A DNA stretch of 64,000 nucleotides from TPA_inf: Saccharomyces (taxonomy: Eukaryota). Shown here in pieces: positions 1 through 12,587 of this stretch (its first letter is position 1; each line of letters opens with the position of its first letter). The notes beneath the pieces were generated by a model. It searched no databases. It was not told where the DNA came from and worked only from the letters and a program-made list of their open reading frames with translations. The position numbers and the translations under genes are program-made. The stretch lies in NCBI GenBank assembly GCA_000146045.2, contig BK006947.3:160001-224000 (forward strand). The letters are read 5' to 3'.

Positions 1-373
1 TATACAACGTGCTGACAAGTTCTAAATGCAGTGTGTCGACGTAGGTAGAAATGGACTGCTGGAAATTAAAGCTTTGCTTAAGATAAGCAGCATTATTACG
101 CATCTTTTTTCGCAATGACTGCAACGAATAGTAGCAGTTTTCTAGTTCTAGTATGTTCAAATTAGTTTTAACTTCTTTTATGAGATTTAAAAACGTCTTC
201 AAATTATCTAGGATGTTCAGTTCGTTGGCTAGAATTGCCTCGCGTTGTAGTAGGTCACTAGAATCAAGTTCTAACTCACTGCCATTGGACCTTTTGCTGT
301 CATTTTTTAATATTAAAGGATCCTTCAGTAACTCGCGTATTATTTCACCTTTGTTAGGAAAAAGAGACTCCAT
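1..373 (-). CDS. DSL1: DSL1 (YNL258C), 5' part only (N-terminal ~124 aa); gene continues beyond window start
   Basis: Reverse complement of 373..338 reads ATG GAG TCT CTT TTT CCT AAC AAA GGT GAA ATA ATA = MESLFPNKGEII. The frame stays open to position 1 on the minus strand. The supplied ORF track does not list it because no stop codon lies inside the window. Identity from recall of the Dsl1 N-terminus and its position next to SIP3. Confidence 0.75.
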   Translation of the reverse strand, partial: MESLFPNKGEIIRELLKDPLILKNDSKRSNGSELELDSSDLLQREAILANELNILDNLKTFLNLIKEVKTNLNILELENCYYSLQSLRKKMRNNAAYLKQSFNFQQSISTYVDTLHLELVSTLY

Positions 374-630
374 ATCCAATCGAGAGACTTCGTGATTTGT
401 AAAAGTTATGCGAATCAAACCACTTTTTTACTGACAAATTTAACGTAATCCTTTAAGACTATGAACCATGTTATGAAACATCTCTTAGTTCAACATGTCG
501 CCTAATTGTATATCGCTATTGACGAAAGAGAAGTATCTTTCATGAGGTCAATAATAACGTTCAATGGTTAATGAGCACTATAATCATAAACAAATAATGA
601 CTTTGATAATTATATAATAGTTATATTCGC

Positions 631-3600
631 TCAAGTTATTGGTGGTCTTAACTTCTCGAGTTCTTCGTTACAAATAGAACAGTAATTTTGCAATTGAGTG
701 TCATTAAACCAAAGATCAGTCATCTCTATAGACACCATCGAGCATTTATTTACTTCTTCCAGCAAGAATTTTTCGTAGTCGTCATGCACTAATTGTTTCT
801 CCATGTCTTGGAGTATTCTAAGTTCAATTAGCAATTCATTTCTCCTCATAGCCAACTGTTTTCTCGTTTCGCTATACTGATAGTCCTTATTGAAATTGTC
901 CTCGCTGAACTTCTCAAAAATGGGGTTATTTGACGGCACTGACAGTTGACTACTTAGCAAGTCCGAATCACTTATGTAAATGGCTCTTTGCATTGTGAAC
1001 TTATCTGATCCAAGACGGTCGTGGAACAGTTTTTCAGCTCTCTTTATTGACCAGTAGGGCACTGATGCTTTTTCTGATAAAAGTATGTTTATCATAATAG
1101 ATGCTAATAATCCGACCACCATCATTCGATTAATCCGTGAGAACTTTTCAGCACATAATAATAGAATACCGATAAGTATTCTGAAGAATACAAACGTCAA
1201 ATTCGTTACTCTGTAAACCATTAGTTTGATAAACACTAGGAAAAGGATAGTACAAGAATACCTGATGTCATATTGCATACTTTCACTCTCTTTGGAGTTG
1301 CCATTTTTTTCAGTAGCAGGTTCTTCACTTTTGTTGCTGAGAACACCTAATATACCACATAGTTTGATAGCTTTGATAACTTTTCCGTGTTTGCCAATCT
1401 TTTCCAAGTAGTACCGTAACACCCTTCTTATCAGTAGGAATTCACTATGAGCAAATTTCAAGGCCCATGTTTGGCATATTATTTCAGCCAAAGATAGCTT
1501 TTCTATTGTTTTGCCAGTTCTACTATCAATATATTCTAGTTTGTATAGGACATGAAGCGATGAACTGCTCGCCGTCATATTCAACTTTATTTCAAGATGG
1601 TTATCTACATCATATGACTCAGTTATGACAAATTTAATTGAAAGCTTCAATAAATGACAAAATGGCACTTTAACGAAAAAAGGATCTAAATCGACTTCAT
1701 AATATTTGTTATCAACAATTTTGACTATCCTCTGTGTAGCAAAAATCATTTTAGATTCCTTATCTCTATGATATTTACCAGTATTTAAAAAATTACCGGT
1801 CATATCCAATCGAAATGGTATCTTTCGAACTAATTGTGATTTCCCGTTGATGTCTTTGTTTTTATACCAAAAACGTTTCCCGTGTTCTTCCCCATCTTTT
1901 CTTGCTAAAAACAGGCATTTTGGAAAAGCATTCGATTTATCTCCAAATAGTATGTGGGCTAGTCCTTTACTAGATATTTCATATTCATGATTGTAAGTAA
2001 TCGAGTACTCTGTCTGAAGTTTTTTGAGTCTGTTTAATAAAGTAGATGCATCATCGGACATCTCCCAAAATGTCACACGTGATTTGATGATTTTGGATAC
2101 GCTGGTGGCCTTACGATCAAAGGAGTTTTCTTGTTCTATCTTATATAATTCTTCTTGTTTTTTTTCTTGAGATTCTTTTTCCATCTGTTCAAACTTTACT
2201 AAAATCTCTTCGTTACTATTTGGGTTTTTTATAGCCTTGTTTTCTAACAGATATTGCAACTTAGATGCAATAAGCTTATAGTCAGAAAATAAAACGATTG
2301 CTTTCATTTGTAGACCGCTGGCATCGTAAAGTTTTAAGGTCTTCTTTGATGATCTGTCGGCTTCTACAGAAACGATTTCAGACAAGCTGATCTTTGTAAG
2401 ACAGATAAATTCCATAGAATTCATGTAGCAATAAATGTAGTCTTTTGTGCAAAAGCAGGTAGCTGAGAACTTCTGCTTTTTGTTAGGACACCACAATGCT
2501 TCAAACTTGAAAAGTAAAAGCTCTTCCGGTAGCTTCTCCAACCTTTGGTCCGGAGAAAATACTAATGACTTGAACTGTAGATCAAGCACTTTCAACTCAT
2601 TAGAATAATATTGAGGATATATAGTGGAGTTTCTTATTGGAAGCCTTTTGCCATCGATCGTTAATAAAGAGGAGGGTTTCTTTCCCTTTCCTGGCAATAT
2701 AGTATATTCACTCCAATCGGTCGTGCCCCATATATTCGCAAGAACAGCATTAGGGAACCAGCTACCTTTTGTGAGGAAATTAGACAGAATAGCCAGTTGT
2801 GTCATTTTTGTAGATATTGGTGTTGTTGGCATTTGGAACTGAAACACCTTCTCCTCTCCTAAAGTCAAAATATCATATTCAGAGATTGAGCAGTTCAGCG
2901 TTTCATACAAGGACTCGGTTTCTTTGTCAAATGTTGTGATTAATTGATCTATGGAGGTGGTTGTACTAGAGGCAAATTCAAAAAACTTGGGAGAAAATCT
3001 TTTAAACGCCAGCTCATATTCAAGACTATCATGTTGTATACTCATGACATACTTTTTTGTCGCTTCAAAAGCTATTAACCATGATTTCAAATCTAGATAA
3101 TTTGAAGTTTGAAAGACCAACGTGATATCCTTTGACATGTTATCATGTGCCTCTGTTACTTTATTACCAAATATTTTTACTTCAAAACAAAATTTTCGAT
3201 CTTCCTCTGGGTCATAGCGCACATTAGTAAGGAAGACACCAAACTTATCAGTTTCCTCCACGTAGGTCTTCGATGGCGACAAAAGGAACATACCAAAAAC
3301 TGCATTTTTCAGAAAGCACCATCTTCTCACCCATATTTCCCTGGTAGGCTTTCCAACCTGTGTTTTCATATAAAGCCACCCAGACTTTTCGGGCGATTTT
3401 GGAGGCACTTGCGTATCCTTTGATAGCAGCTTCGAGGAATGTATTGATCTTATATTGTAATCACTTGTGTCACTTGACGGCGTAATTCGTTTCAAGGTAT
3501 ACCTATATGCTTGCTTTTTTGCATTACTGATATCAGAATCCAATACTTTCGATCCTTCGATGGAATTTTCTACCCATATTGCGTAATTGTCTAAATACTC

Positions 3601-4320
3601 ATTAATGCAAGGAGATAAATCTATTTTCCTTCCAGAATCTTTCGTTATAAAAATGCTTCTTGACTTTAATACTTTCATTGACTCTAGTATGAATTTATCT
3701 AAGCTTAATTTTACTGCTGATATGGCACTTATGAGGTCTAGGGAGGCCTTAAGGTAGTTTTTTTGCACTTCAAATAATTGTAAGGCATCACTTTTGATAG
3801 AAGATGGCTCTAAACTGGTTTTTGAAATTCTTATAGCCTGGTAGGATGCCAGCATACTGTCATATTTACCTTGGTAAAAATCGAAATTTTTTCTCACGTT
3901 TCTGTAGGGTTCAATTGCAGTAGTCATAAGTTCTAATAGCGCGGTTGAGTGGCTAGAGTCATCACCCTTTACAATTTGCAGTAATTTCATAGAAAAGTCA
4001 TAATAGTCCTTGTTAAAACTATCAATCAGCCTGGGAGTAAACGATTGGTTACTGACAAAACCGTTGCTCAGCAAGGCTGGAGGAGGTAACAATTGGGATA
4101 GGAGAGTTTCCTTTGCTCTTCGAAAATCTTCAAATGACACCTTATATTTCTGATCGAAAAAGTCGACAGTCTTCTCTATCCAATCCTCTAATGCATCCAC
4201 CCTTGTTTGGAAGAAATTTACGGATGCACGAAAGGAAGGAGAGTCAATTGATGCTTCTTTGAATGCAACCGATATTAGCCTTAACTGCCTCTTTTTGGGA
4301 TCCCTCCCGTGAACGGACAT
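631..4320 (-). CDS. SIP3: SIP3 (YNL257C), 1229 aa, PH/GRAM plus VASt-domain sterol-transfer (LAM family) protein
   Basis: 1229-aa ORF. ATG confirmed at 4320..4318 (cat on + strand). The length matches Sip3 exactly and the gene lies immediately upstream of FOL1 as in the reference. Confidence 0.9.
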   Translation of the reverse strand: MSVHGRDPKKRQLRLISVAFKEASIDSPSFRASVNFFQTRVDALEDWIEKTVDFFDQKYKVSFEDFRRAKETLLSQLLPPPALLSNGFVSNQSFTPRLIDSFNKDYYDFSMKLLQIVKGDDSSHSTALLELMTTAIEPYRNVRKNFDFYQGKYDSMLASYQAIRISKTSLEPSSIKSDALQLFEVQKNYLKASLDLISAISAVKLSLDKFILESMKVLKSRSIFITKDSGRKIDLSPCINEYLDNYAIWVENSIEGSKVLDSDISNAKKQAYRYTLKRITPSSDTSDYNIRSIHSSKLLSKDTQVPPKSPEKSGWLYMKTQVGKPTREIWVRRWCFLKNAVFGMFLLSPSKTYVEETDKFGVFLTNVRYDPEEDRKFCFEVKIFGNKVTEAHDNMSKDITLVFQTSNYLDLKSWLIAFEATKKYVMSIQHDSLEYELAFKRFSPKFFEFASSTTTSIDQLITTFDKETESLYETLNCSISEYDILTLGEEKVFQFQMPTTPISTKMTQLAILSNFLTKGSWFPNAVLANIWGTTDWSEYTILPGKGKKPSSLLTIDGKRLPIRNSTIYPQYYSNELKVLDLQFKSLVFSPDQRLEKLPEELLLFKFEALWCPNKKQKFSATCFCTKDYIYCYMNSMEFICLTKISLSEIVSVEADRSSKKTLKLYDASGLQMKAIVLFSDYKLIASKLQYLLENKAIKNPNSNEEILVKFEQMEKESQEKKQEELYKIEQENSFDRKATSVSKIIKSRVTFWEMSDDASTLLNRLKKLQTEYSITYNHEYEISSKGLAHILFGDKSNAFPKCLFLARKDGEEHGKRFWYKNKDINGKSQLVRKIPFRLDMTGNFLNTGKYHRDKESKMIFATQRIVKIVDNKYYEVDLDPFFVKVPFCHLLKLSIKFVITESYDVDNHLEIKLNMTASSSSLHVLYKLEYIDSRTGKTIEKLSLAEIICQTWALKFAHSEFLLIRRVLRYYLEKIGKHGKVIKAIKLCGILGVLSNKSEEPATEKNGNSKESESMQYDIRYSCTILFLVFIKLMVYRVTNLTFVFFRILIGILLLCAEKFSRINRMMVVGLLASIMINILLSEKASVPYWSIKRAEKLFHDRLGSDKFTMQRAIYISDSDLLSSQLSVPSNNPIFEKFSEDNFNKDYQYSETRKQLAMRRNELLIELRILQDMEKQLVHDDYEKFLLEEVNKCSMVSIEMTDLWFNDTQLQNYCSICNEELEKLRPPIT

Positions 4321-4622
4321 ATTTCAAGTAATGATATATCTCTGCAATATGTCAATTGATCAACAGGTCTACTCATGCAGCTATGTTTTAGTTACACCTA
4401 GTAGTTTAAAATTTCACGTGTACTTTCCCTGTTTTGAACGCATTAGCAATAGCGCTGGTGTCGTTGCGCAAATTCATAATAAAAGGAAAATTTGAAAAAC
4501 TTATGATAAATTGCAAGGTCATCGAAAACAGAAGAACAAGGTTTTTTCCTTTAGTAAATGCAAAATTAGTAAAAGTGATAGCGTCTTCTTTGATTAACAA
4601 GTTTCAATCTTTGCCTTTGGCT

Positions 4623-7097
4623 ATGTCAAAGCTATTTTCTACTGTCAATTCTGCAAGACATAGTGTACCACTAGGCGGCATGAGAGATTATGTGCACATT
4701 AAGAAACTAGAGATGAATACAGTTCTTGGGCCTGATTCCTGGAATCAATTAATGCCTCAGAAATGTCTACTAAGCTTAGATATGGGTACAGATTTTAGTA
4801 AATCTGCGGCTACGGATGATTTGAAATATTCTCTAAATTATGCAGTTATTTCTCGTGATTTGACGAATTTCGTCAGCAAAAAAAAGAATTGGGGTTCTGT
4901 TTCTAATTTGGCTAAATCTGTGTCTCAATTTGTTATGGACAAATATTCTGGTGTCGAGTGTCTGAATTTAGAAGTGCAGGCGGATACAACGCATATTAGA
5001 AGTGACCACATATCTTGTATTATTCAACAAGAAAGAGGGAATCCAGAATCACAGGAATTTGACGTTGTTAGGATATCTGAGTTAAAAATGTTGACTTTGA
5101 TTGGTGTTTTCACCTTTGAGAGACTTAAGAAACAGTATGTAACTTTGGATATAAAGTTGCCTTGGCCAAAGAAAGCCGAATTGCCACCGCCAGTGCAAAG
5201 CATAATTGATAACGTTGTCAAGTTTGTGGAGGAATCAAATTTCAAGACTGTGGAAGCTCTTGTAGAATCTGTGTCAGCTGTTATTGCCCATAACGAGTAT
5301 TTTCAAAAGTTTCCAGATTCGCCTTTGGTGGTGAAGGTTTTGAAATTAAACGCAATCACAGCCACAGAAGGTGTTGGTGTAAGCTGTATTAGAGAGCCCA
5401 GGGAGATTGCGATGGTAAATATTCCATATCTTTCCTCCATACATGAATCGTCTGATATTAAGTTCCAATTGTCTTCATCACAAAACACTCCTATTGAGGG
5501 TAAAAATACATGGAAAAGAGCGTTTTTAGCGTTTGGTTCAAACATTGGGGACCGTTTCAAACACATTCAAATGGCGTTGCAATTATTATCAAGGGAAAAA
5601 ACGGTTAAATTACGGAATATTTCGTCTATTTTTGAAAGTGAACCAATGTATTTCAAAGATCAAACCCCTTTCATGAATGGGTGTGTTGAGGTGGAGACAT
5701 TACTGACCCCAAGCGAATTATTAAAATTGTGTAAAAAAATTGAATATGAAGAGTTGCAAAGAGTCAAGCATTTTGATAATGGTCCGAGAACAATAGATCT
5801 GGATATTGTTATGTTTTTGAATAGCGCCGGAGAAGATATTATAGTAAATGAACCGGATTTGAATATACCGCATCCTAGAATGCTGGAGAGGACTTTCGTT
5901 CTTGAGCCGTTATGTGAATTAATATCCCCCGTTCACCTTCATCCTGTGACAGCGGAACCCATTGTAGACCATTTAAAACAGTTATACGACAAACAGCATG
6001 ATGAAGATACCTTATGGAAATTAGTTCCATTGCCTTATCGTAGTGGTGTGGAGCCTAGATTTTTGAAATTCAAGACCGCTACAAAACTTGACGAATTTAC
6101 TGGAGAAACAAACAGAATTACTGTTTCACCTACATATATCATGGCTATCTTCAACGCTACACCAGATTCATTTTCCGATGGAGGTGAGCATTTTGCGGAC
6201 ATTGAAAGTCAATTGAATGATATCATTAAATTGTGTAAAGACGCATTATATTTGCATGAGAGCGTCATCATCGACGTTGGAGGGTGTTCTACCAGGCCTA
6301 ACTCTATTCAGGCGTCTGAGGAAGAAGAAATACGCAGGTCTATCCCATTAATTAAGGCCATTAGAGAAAGCACTGAGTTACCGCAAGATAAAGTCATACT
6401 ATCCATTGATACTTATCGTTCCAATGTCGCTAAAGAAGCGATTAAAGTTGGAGTGGATATTATTAATGATATTTCGGGAGGTTTATTTGACAGCAACATG
6501 TTTGCCGTAATTGCAGAGAACCCAGAAATTTGTTATATTTTATCACACACACGTGGTGATATTTCAACGATGAATAGGCTGGCGCATTACGAAAATTTTG
6601 CATTGGGTGATTCTATTCAGCAAGAATTTGTTCATAATACCGACATTCAGCAGCTAGACGACTTGAAAGACAAAACAGTGTTAATCAGGAATGTTGGTCA
6701 AGAAATTGGCGAAAGGTATATCAAAGCGATTGATAATGGAGTAAAGCGCTGGCAAATTCTAATCGACCCTGGACTTGGTTTTGCTAAGACCTGGAAGCAA
6801 AACTTACAAATTATTAGACATATCCCCATTTTAAAGAACTACTCATTCACCATGAACTCAAACAATTCGCAAGTGTATGTTAACCTCAGAAATATGCCCG
6901 TTTTATTGGGTCCATCGCGCAAAAAATTCATTGGACATATCACAAAAGATGTGGATGCGAAGCAAAGAGACTTTGCTACTGGAGCGGTGGTAGCGTCGTG
7001 TATTGGTTTCGGCAGCGACATGGTTAGGGTCCATGACGTTAAAAATTGTTCGAAGAGCATTAAATTAGCAGATGCTATTTATAAAGGTTTGGAATAA
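4623..7097 (+). CDS. FOL1: FOL1 (YNL256W), 824 aa trifunctional dihydroneopterin aldolase / HPPK / dihydropteroate synthase
   Basis: The track ORF 4434..7097 starts at TTG (4434-4436 = ttg). In-frame ATGs occur at 4503 and 4623. 4623 gives 824 aa, the known Fol1 length, starting [13 protein letters not shown]. The C-terminal DHPS pterin-binding region is recognisable ([12 protein letters not shown]). Confidence 0.88.
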
Positions 7098-7328
7098 AGG
7101 TTAGTTATATAGATTAAATATGTAATTCTGTTTTGTAATAATTTTTTTTCCTGTTTCATAATAAAGAATCGTTAAAAATAACCAAGGGAGGAAACAAGTG
7201 AAATGAAGTATAGAAAAGATATAGAAAATAAACTTAAATATTCAGTTTACTTGTGCTTCTTTTTTCCCCTCTATGAAATATAGCATGATAAGTGATTGTT
7301 CCTTTGTTTTTTTCAGTGGATGTTTCAC

Positions 7329-7790
7329 CTAAGCCTTTGGACAATCCTTGGAAATATGGCCAGTTTCGTTACAGTTGTAACAAAGCCTGTCATTTTGACA
7401 GTCCCTGGACATGTGGCCAGCTTGACCACAAGTGTAACATTTCAATCCACTAATTCCGTCCTCTTTCATACAGTCCTTAGCCATATGGTTTGGACCACCA
7501 CATTTATAACATGAAACTTTGGAGAATCTGCTGGTCTTCTTTGGTTCAGGGCATTCTCTGGAGATGTGGCCGGTTTGGTTACAGTTGAAACAACGTTGCA
7601 CAGTACATTCACTTCTAACGTGACCGGTTTCACCACAATTGTAACATTGCTTGAATTCAACTGTTCTTGGCATGGTACAATCCGTTTGAACGTGACCGGG
7701 TTTGTTACAGTTGTAACATAGTCTTTCAGAATCACAGTCTTCTGCCAAATGGCCAATCTTACCGCAAACGTAACAAGCTTTTTGAGACAT
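7329..7790 (-). CDS. GIS2: GIS2 (YNL255C), 153 aa, seven CCHC zinc-knuckle protein (CNBP homologue)
   Basis: Repeated C-x2-C-x4-H-x4-C knuckles, e.g. CYVCGKIGHLAEDC, CYNCNKPGHVQTDC, CYNCGETGHVRSEC. The track ORF is 173 aa from an upstream start. The ATG at 7790 gives 153 aa (MSQKACYVCGK). Confidence 0.92.
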   Translation of the reverse strand: MSQKACYVCGKIGHLAEDCDSERLCYNCNKPGHVQTDCTMPRTVEFKQCYNCGETGHVRSECTVQRCFNCNQTGHISRECPEPKKTSRFSKVSCYKCGGPNHMAKDCMKEDGISGLKCYTCGQAGHMSRDCQNDRLCYNCNETGHISKDCPKA

Positions 7791-8042
7791 CTTTTTCGTA
7801 TTCTTTTCTTTTTTCCTGATTTCTGAAGGGAAAGCCTTAAAATAATACAATCCTCAAGTGCCCCCAAAGCAGAAAGAGCATTTCTAATCCATCGATGACC
7901 TTATTACAACTCTTGCCAAAAGAGAAAAGGAACGAAAAGAAAATTTTTTCAGCATTTCGTCTATCATGACACCACAGCAGTTCTTACTATAAAGCTCAAA
8001 TCCCTAAGCCATAAAGGCAACAAACGGCAATATACTACCTGT

Positions 8043-9248
8043 TTAATCGTGCGTATCCAGTCGCCATCTCCTGCTGGAATAGTTATGAACATCGAGTTTC
8101 AGTTCCCGCAGACGGTCTTCCTCTATGGCAGCTTCCCATTGCTCAATTGGATCAGAGTCGGCTACTATGATACCGTATTCAACTGTATCCTCGAGTAAGT
8201 CATAGGCTAGCATCCTTAATTCGGGATCGTAGTAATATTCCTTCTCGTTTAATTGTTGCTTTGGATGTTTATTCGGTGTCTTCGACGAGCAAGATTTATT
8301 CGAGAGATTTAATTGGTAAATACAAAAAGACGTAAGGGTTTCTGGAGCCAAAACGTAGTTACAGAAATCTGTTATCCCCCACCATTTTAAGGTTGCGGGC
8401 TGATTGTGCGTGAGTGCCCTTTTATATCTCTTAGCGATTTCTTCGCCAACCCTCAATTGCCTTTTCAGGCCGTAAAATCCAGCAGTAAATTTGTTTAAAT
8501 TCAACTTTCTAAACTCATCTACGGACAAGTAAGCCTTTTGTGAGTTTTTGAATGCATTTTTTGCTTCAAAATAGTATACAGACGATATCTTTCCCTCCAA
8601 TATGTCCATTACAATGGGCATGAAGGGTTCTACTTCAGTGAGTAGCTCATCCGAAAACAACATGGGTGGTAGTTTGAACTTGCTCATGTATTCTTCCCTT
8701 ACTTGAAGTTTTTTGATTATCTGCTCTTTAGAACTCAAACAACTTTGTAACGATAGCTTTTTATCCTCGGGAAATGAAGAGGAGAAGATTTGGTTATCTT
8801 CAACTGCCGATAGTTCTGCCTCCAAGAGTAATTTTTTACCGTCTAAAAGATTATTGTTCCTGCATTTGATAGACTCGATATCTTCATTTTTCAAATTCTG
8901 TATTAGTGGGATAGAAACGACCTTCTCTTCTTCTTTTTCTTTTCCTCTGAGTGCTGCATTCTTTGCGGCTTGTACTTCTGAATTTGGAAATGACCTCGAA
9001 AGTTTATCAAATGTGGCCACAGTGGAAAGCTTTTTTACTTCAATCTCATCTTCTGTGATACTGTCTATTTTGCCGCGCTTTTTTGAGGGGGAAAAGGCAT
9101 CATGGCCTGATAAGTCGTCACTTTCTCTATCATGTATGTCATGTTTTCCTTGTCTTTTCATTAACAGTAAGTTATCACCACTTCCCTTTTTTGTGGAATA
9201 AACACCTTTTCTCCTCACTCGATTAATTCCCAGACCAGGCCCAACCAT
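8043..9248 (-). CDS. RTC4: RTC4 (YNL254C), 401 aa
   Basis: 401-aa ORF with ATG verified at 9248..9246 (MVGPGLG). Length and position match RTC4. Confidence 0.8.
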   Translation of the reverse strand: MVGPGLGINRVRRKGVYSTKKGSGDNLLLMKRQGKHDIHDRESDDLSGHDAFSPSKKRGKIDSITEDEIEVKKLSTVATFDKLSRSFPNSEVQAAKNAALRGKEKEEEKVVSIPLIQNLKNEDIESIKCRNNNLLDGKKLLLEAELSAVEDNQIFSSSFPEDKKLSLQSCLSSKEQIIKKLQVREEYMSKFKLPPMLFSDELLTEVEPFMPIVMDILEGKISSVYYFEAKNAFKNSQKAYLSVDEFRKLNLNKFTAGFYGLKRQLRVGEEIAKRYKRALTHNQPATLKWWGITDFCNYVLAPETLTSFCIYQLNLSNKSCSSKTPNKHPKQQLNEKEYYYDPELRMLAYDLLEDTVEYGIIVADSDPIEQWEAAIEEDRLRELKLDVHNYSSRRWRLDTHD

Positions 9249-10017
9249 CTCTGTCTACGCAGGTCAAAAATTTGTGCTAAGGTCTCGAGAGCACATACAG
9301 TACCCTTTTAATGTGATCTCATCGCTACATTTTTCAAAGCTTCCCATTTTAGCGACGCCATCTATATATAGGAAAAAAAAAAAGTTTAGGACGCTATTTA
9401 CCACAACAATTGAGATGCAGCACAAATAGGAGTATCATTGCCTCCCAATTTTCAAGGGAGTTTTCAGAGAATTACTATTCCATACCTATTCAATTACTGG
9501 AGTTGTCTTCAGTATCATAAAGGGTTTTGGATTTTCAATCGAATTGCCATTTTTTTCCTGCTTACGTTCGATAGATAGCCAAATGCAGTTTATATATATG
9601 TATGTAGACTTGAAGGTATATTAACAGTGCCCATGTTTCTTTGGAAAGTGTCAAATATCGCAAAGCATAACCTTGAAGGTTAACATTATTTTCTAGAAAT
9701 ACACCTTTCCCACTGGATATGATGACGGAAGAAACAAAACGTTAAATTATTGTACCGTTGTATAAAACAGTAACCGAGCATGGACAATTCATTTTTACAC
9801 CCCAACGACGCCACTAACCATGTATAGGTGTCTTGCCTAACTTATCATTATTCATAGTAGAATTAAGAAAATTAAAAGCCTTGCACCACAGGTTACGTAC
9901 ATAAGATATTATGTTAAATATATATCTCTTCAGTATTTCTACGTACAAAGCTTCACTCATTGAGGTTTGATTGGTGTACAGCTACATACATAAAAAGGAT
10001 CAAGTGAACTATTCGGC

Positions 10018-11286
10018 ATGTCGACAATTGGAGCTGTTGATATTCTTAATCAAAAGACCATAACTTCTGAAGTGGCTGCCTCAGTGACTTCAAAATATCT
10101 ACAAAGTACGTTTTCTAAAGGTAATACAAGTCATATCGAAGATAAAAGGTTCATTCATGTCAGTTCGCGTTCTCATTCAAGATTCACCTCGACTCCCATA
10201 ACTCCAAATGAAATTCTTTCCCTAAAATTTCACGTATCAGGTTCATCGATGGCGTATAGTAGAATGGATGGGTCATTGACCGTTTGGTTTATTAAAGATG
10301 CAAGTTTTGACAAATCTGTAGAAGTTTATATTCCAGACTGTTGTGGTTCCGATAAATTGGCTACTGATTTGTCCTGGAACCCTACTTCTTTAAATCAAAT
10401 AGCTGTCGTGAGCAATTCATCAGAGATATCCTTACTCTTAATCAACGAAAAATCGCTAACGGCATCCAAATTAAGGACCTTGTCATTGGGAAGCAAGACT
10501 AAGGTCAACACATGTCTTTATGATCCATTAGGAAACTGGTTATTAGCTGCCACCAAATCTGAGAAAATCTACTTGTTTGATGTGAAAAAGGATCACAGCT
10601 CTGTCTGTTCTTTGAACATCAGCGATATAAGCCAAGAGGATAATGACGTTGTGTATTCCTTAGCATGGAGCAATGGTGGAAGTCATATATTTATTGGCTT
10701 TAAGAGTGGTTATTTGGCCATTTTAAAAGCAAAACATGGCATATTGGAGGTTTGTACCAAAATTAAAGCACATACTGGTCCTATAACCGAGATCAAAATG
10801 GACCCATGGGGAAGAAACTTCATTACTGGGAGTATCGATGGGAATTGCTACGTATGGAATATGAAGTCACTATGTTGTGAATTAATAATTAACGATTTGA
10901 ACTCTGCGGTAACAACACTAGACGTCTGTCATTTGGGTAAAATACTAGGAATTTGTACAGAAGATGAAATGGTATATTTCTATGATCTTAATAGTGGTAA
11001 TTTACTCCACTCTAAATCTTTAGCCAATTACAAAACCGATCCCGTTTTGAAGTTTTATCCTGATAAATCATGGTATATCATGTCAGGCAAGAATGACACA
11101 CTATCAAATCATTTTGTTAAAAACGAAAAAAATCTAATAACTTATTGGAAAGACATGTTCGATAACACGATGATTGAAAAACGTAGGAAAAACAACGGTG
11201 GAGGCAACAACCACAATAAAAGGACGAGTAAGAATACTGATAGGATTGGCAAGGATAGGCCGAGTAGATTCAACTCAAAAAAATAA
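10018..11286 (+). CDS. TEX1: TEX1 (YNL253W), 422 aa WD40-repeat TREX complex component
   Basis: 422-aa ORF with ATG at 10018. WD-repeat signatures are present (e.g. WSNGGSHIFIGFKSGYLAI, GSIDGNCYVWNM). Length and position match TEX1. Confidence 0.85.
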   Translation: MSTIGAVDILNQKTITSEVAASVTSKYLQSTFSKGNTSHIEDKRFIHVSSRSHSRFTSTPITPNEILSLKFHVSGSSMAYSRMDGSLTVWFIKDASFDKSVEVYIPDCCGSDKLATDLSWNPTSLNQIAVVSNSSEISLLLINEKSLTASKLRTLSLGSKTKVNTCLYDPLGNWLLAATKSEKIYLFDVKKDHSSVCSLNISDISQEDNDVVYSLAWSNGGSHIFIGFKSGYLAILKAKHGILEVCTKIKAHTGPITEIKMDPWGRNFITGSIDGNCYVWNMKSLCCELIINDLNSAVTTLDVCHLGKILGICTEDEMVYFYDLNSGNLLHSKSLANYKTDPVLKFYPDKSWYIMSGKNDTLSNHFVKNEKNLITYWKDMFDNTMIEKRRKNNGGGNNHNKRTSKNTDRIGKDRPSRFNSKK

Positions 11287-11440
11287 GTTACCTGATGGAA
11301 GGAATGCGGTAGAAAATGCACATTCTTTTTCTTTCATTTAATGATATTTACATGTGATTGACGACAACCTAATATATAAATATATATGCACGCATATATT
11401 TTGTATATGTAACGTTAAAAACGCATCTGTTTTTGTGATT

Positions 11441-12337
<897 letters not shown>

Positions 12338-12587
12338 TTAACTGTTTTCTTTCCTTTTTTTTTTTTCATTTTCATTTTCATCTAAACCTTGAAAAAAAAC
12401 CAGGAATACGGTAAAAAAAGAGAATAAAGAATAGGATAATGCTACATTTGAAACACAGTAGTTATGTGAATACATAAGGATGTCCATTTAACAAAAAAAA
12501 AAAAGGAACATAGGAAAAAACAGAAATTATATATAGAGGTAGATTAGTTTTATGTACTATGAGCAAATAAAGGGTGGAGTAAAGATC

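Noticed and set aside
153-395. 80-aa + strand ORF at the window start
   Set aside because: It lies antisense within the DSL1 5' coding region (the minus strand reads MESLFPNKGEII from 373). It has no recognisable domain and is low-complexity S/L-rich, typical of a spurious antisense ORF.
8713-9201. 162-aa + strand ORF inside RTC4
   Set aside because: Antisense to the RTC4 CDS. Serine/Leu-rich mirror composition.
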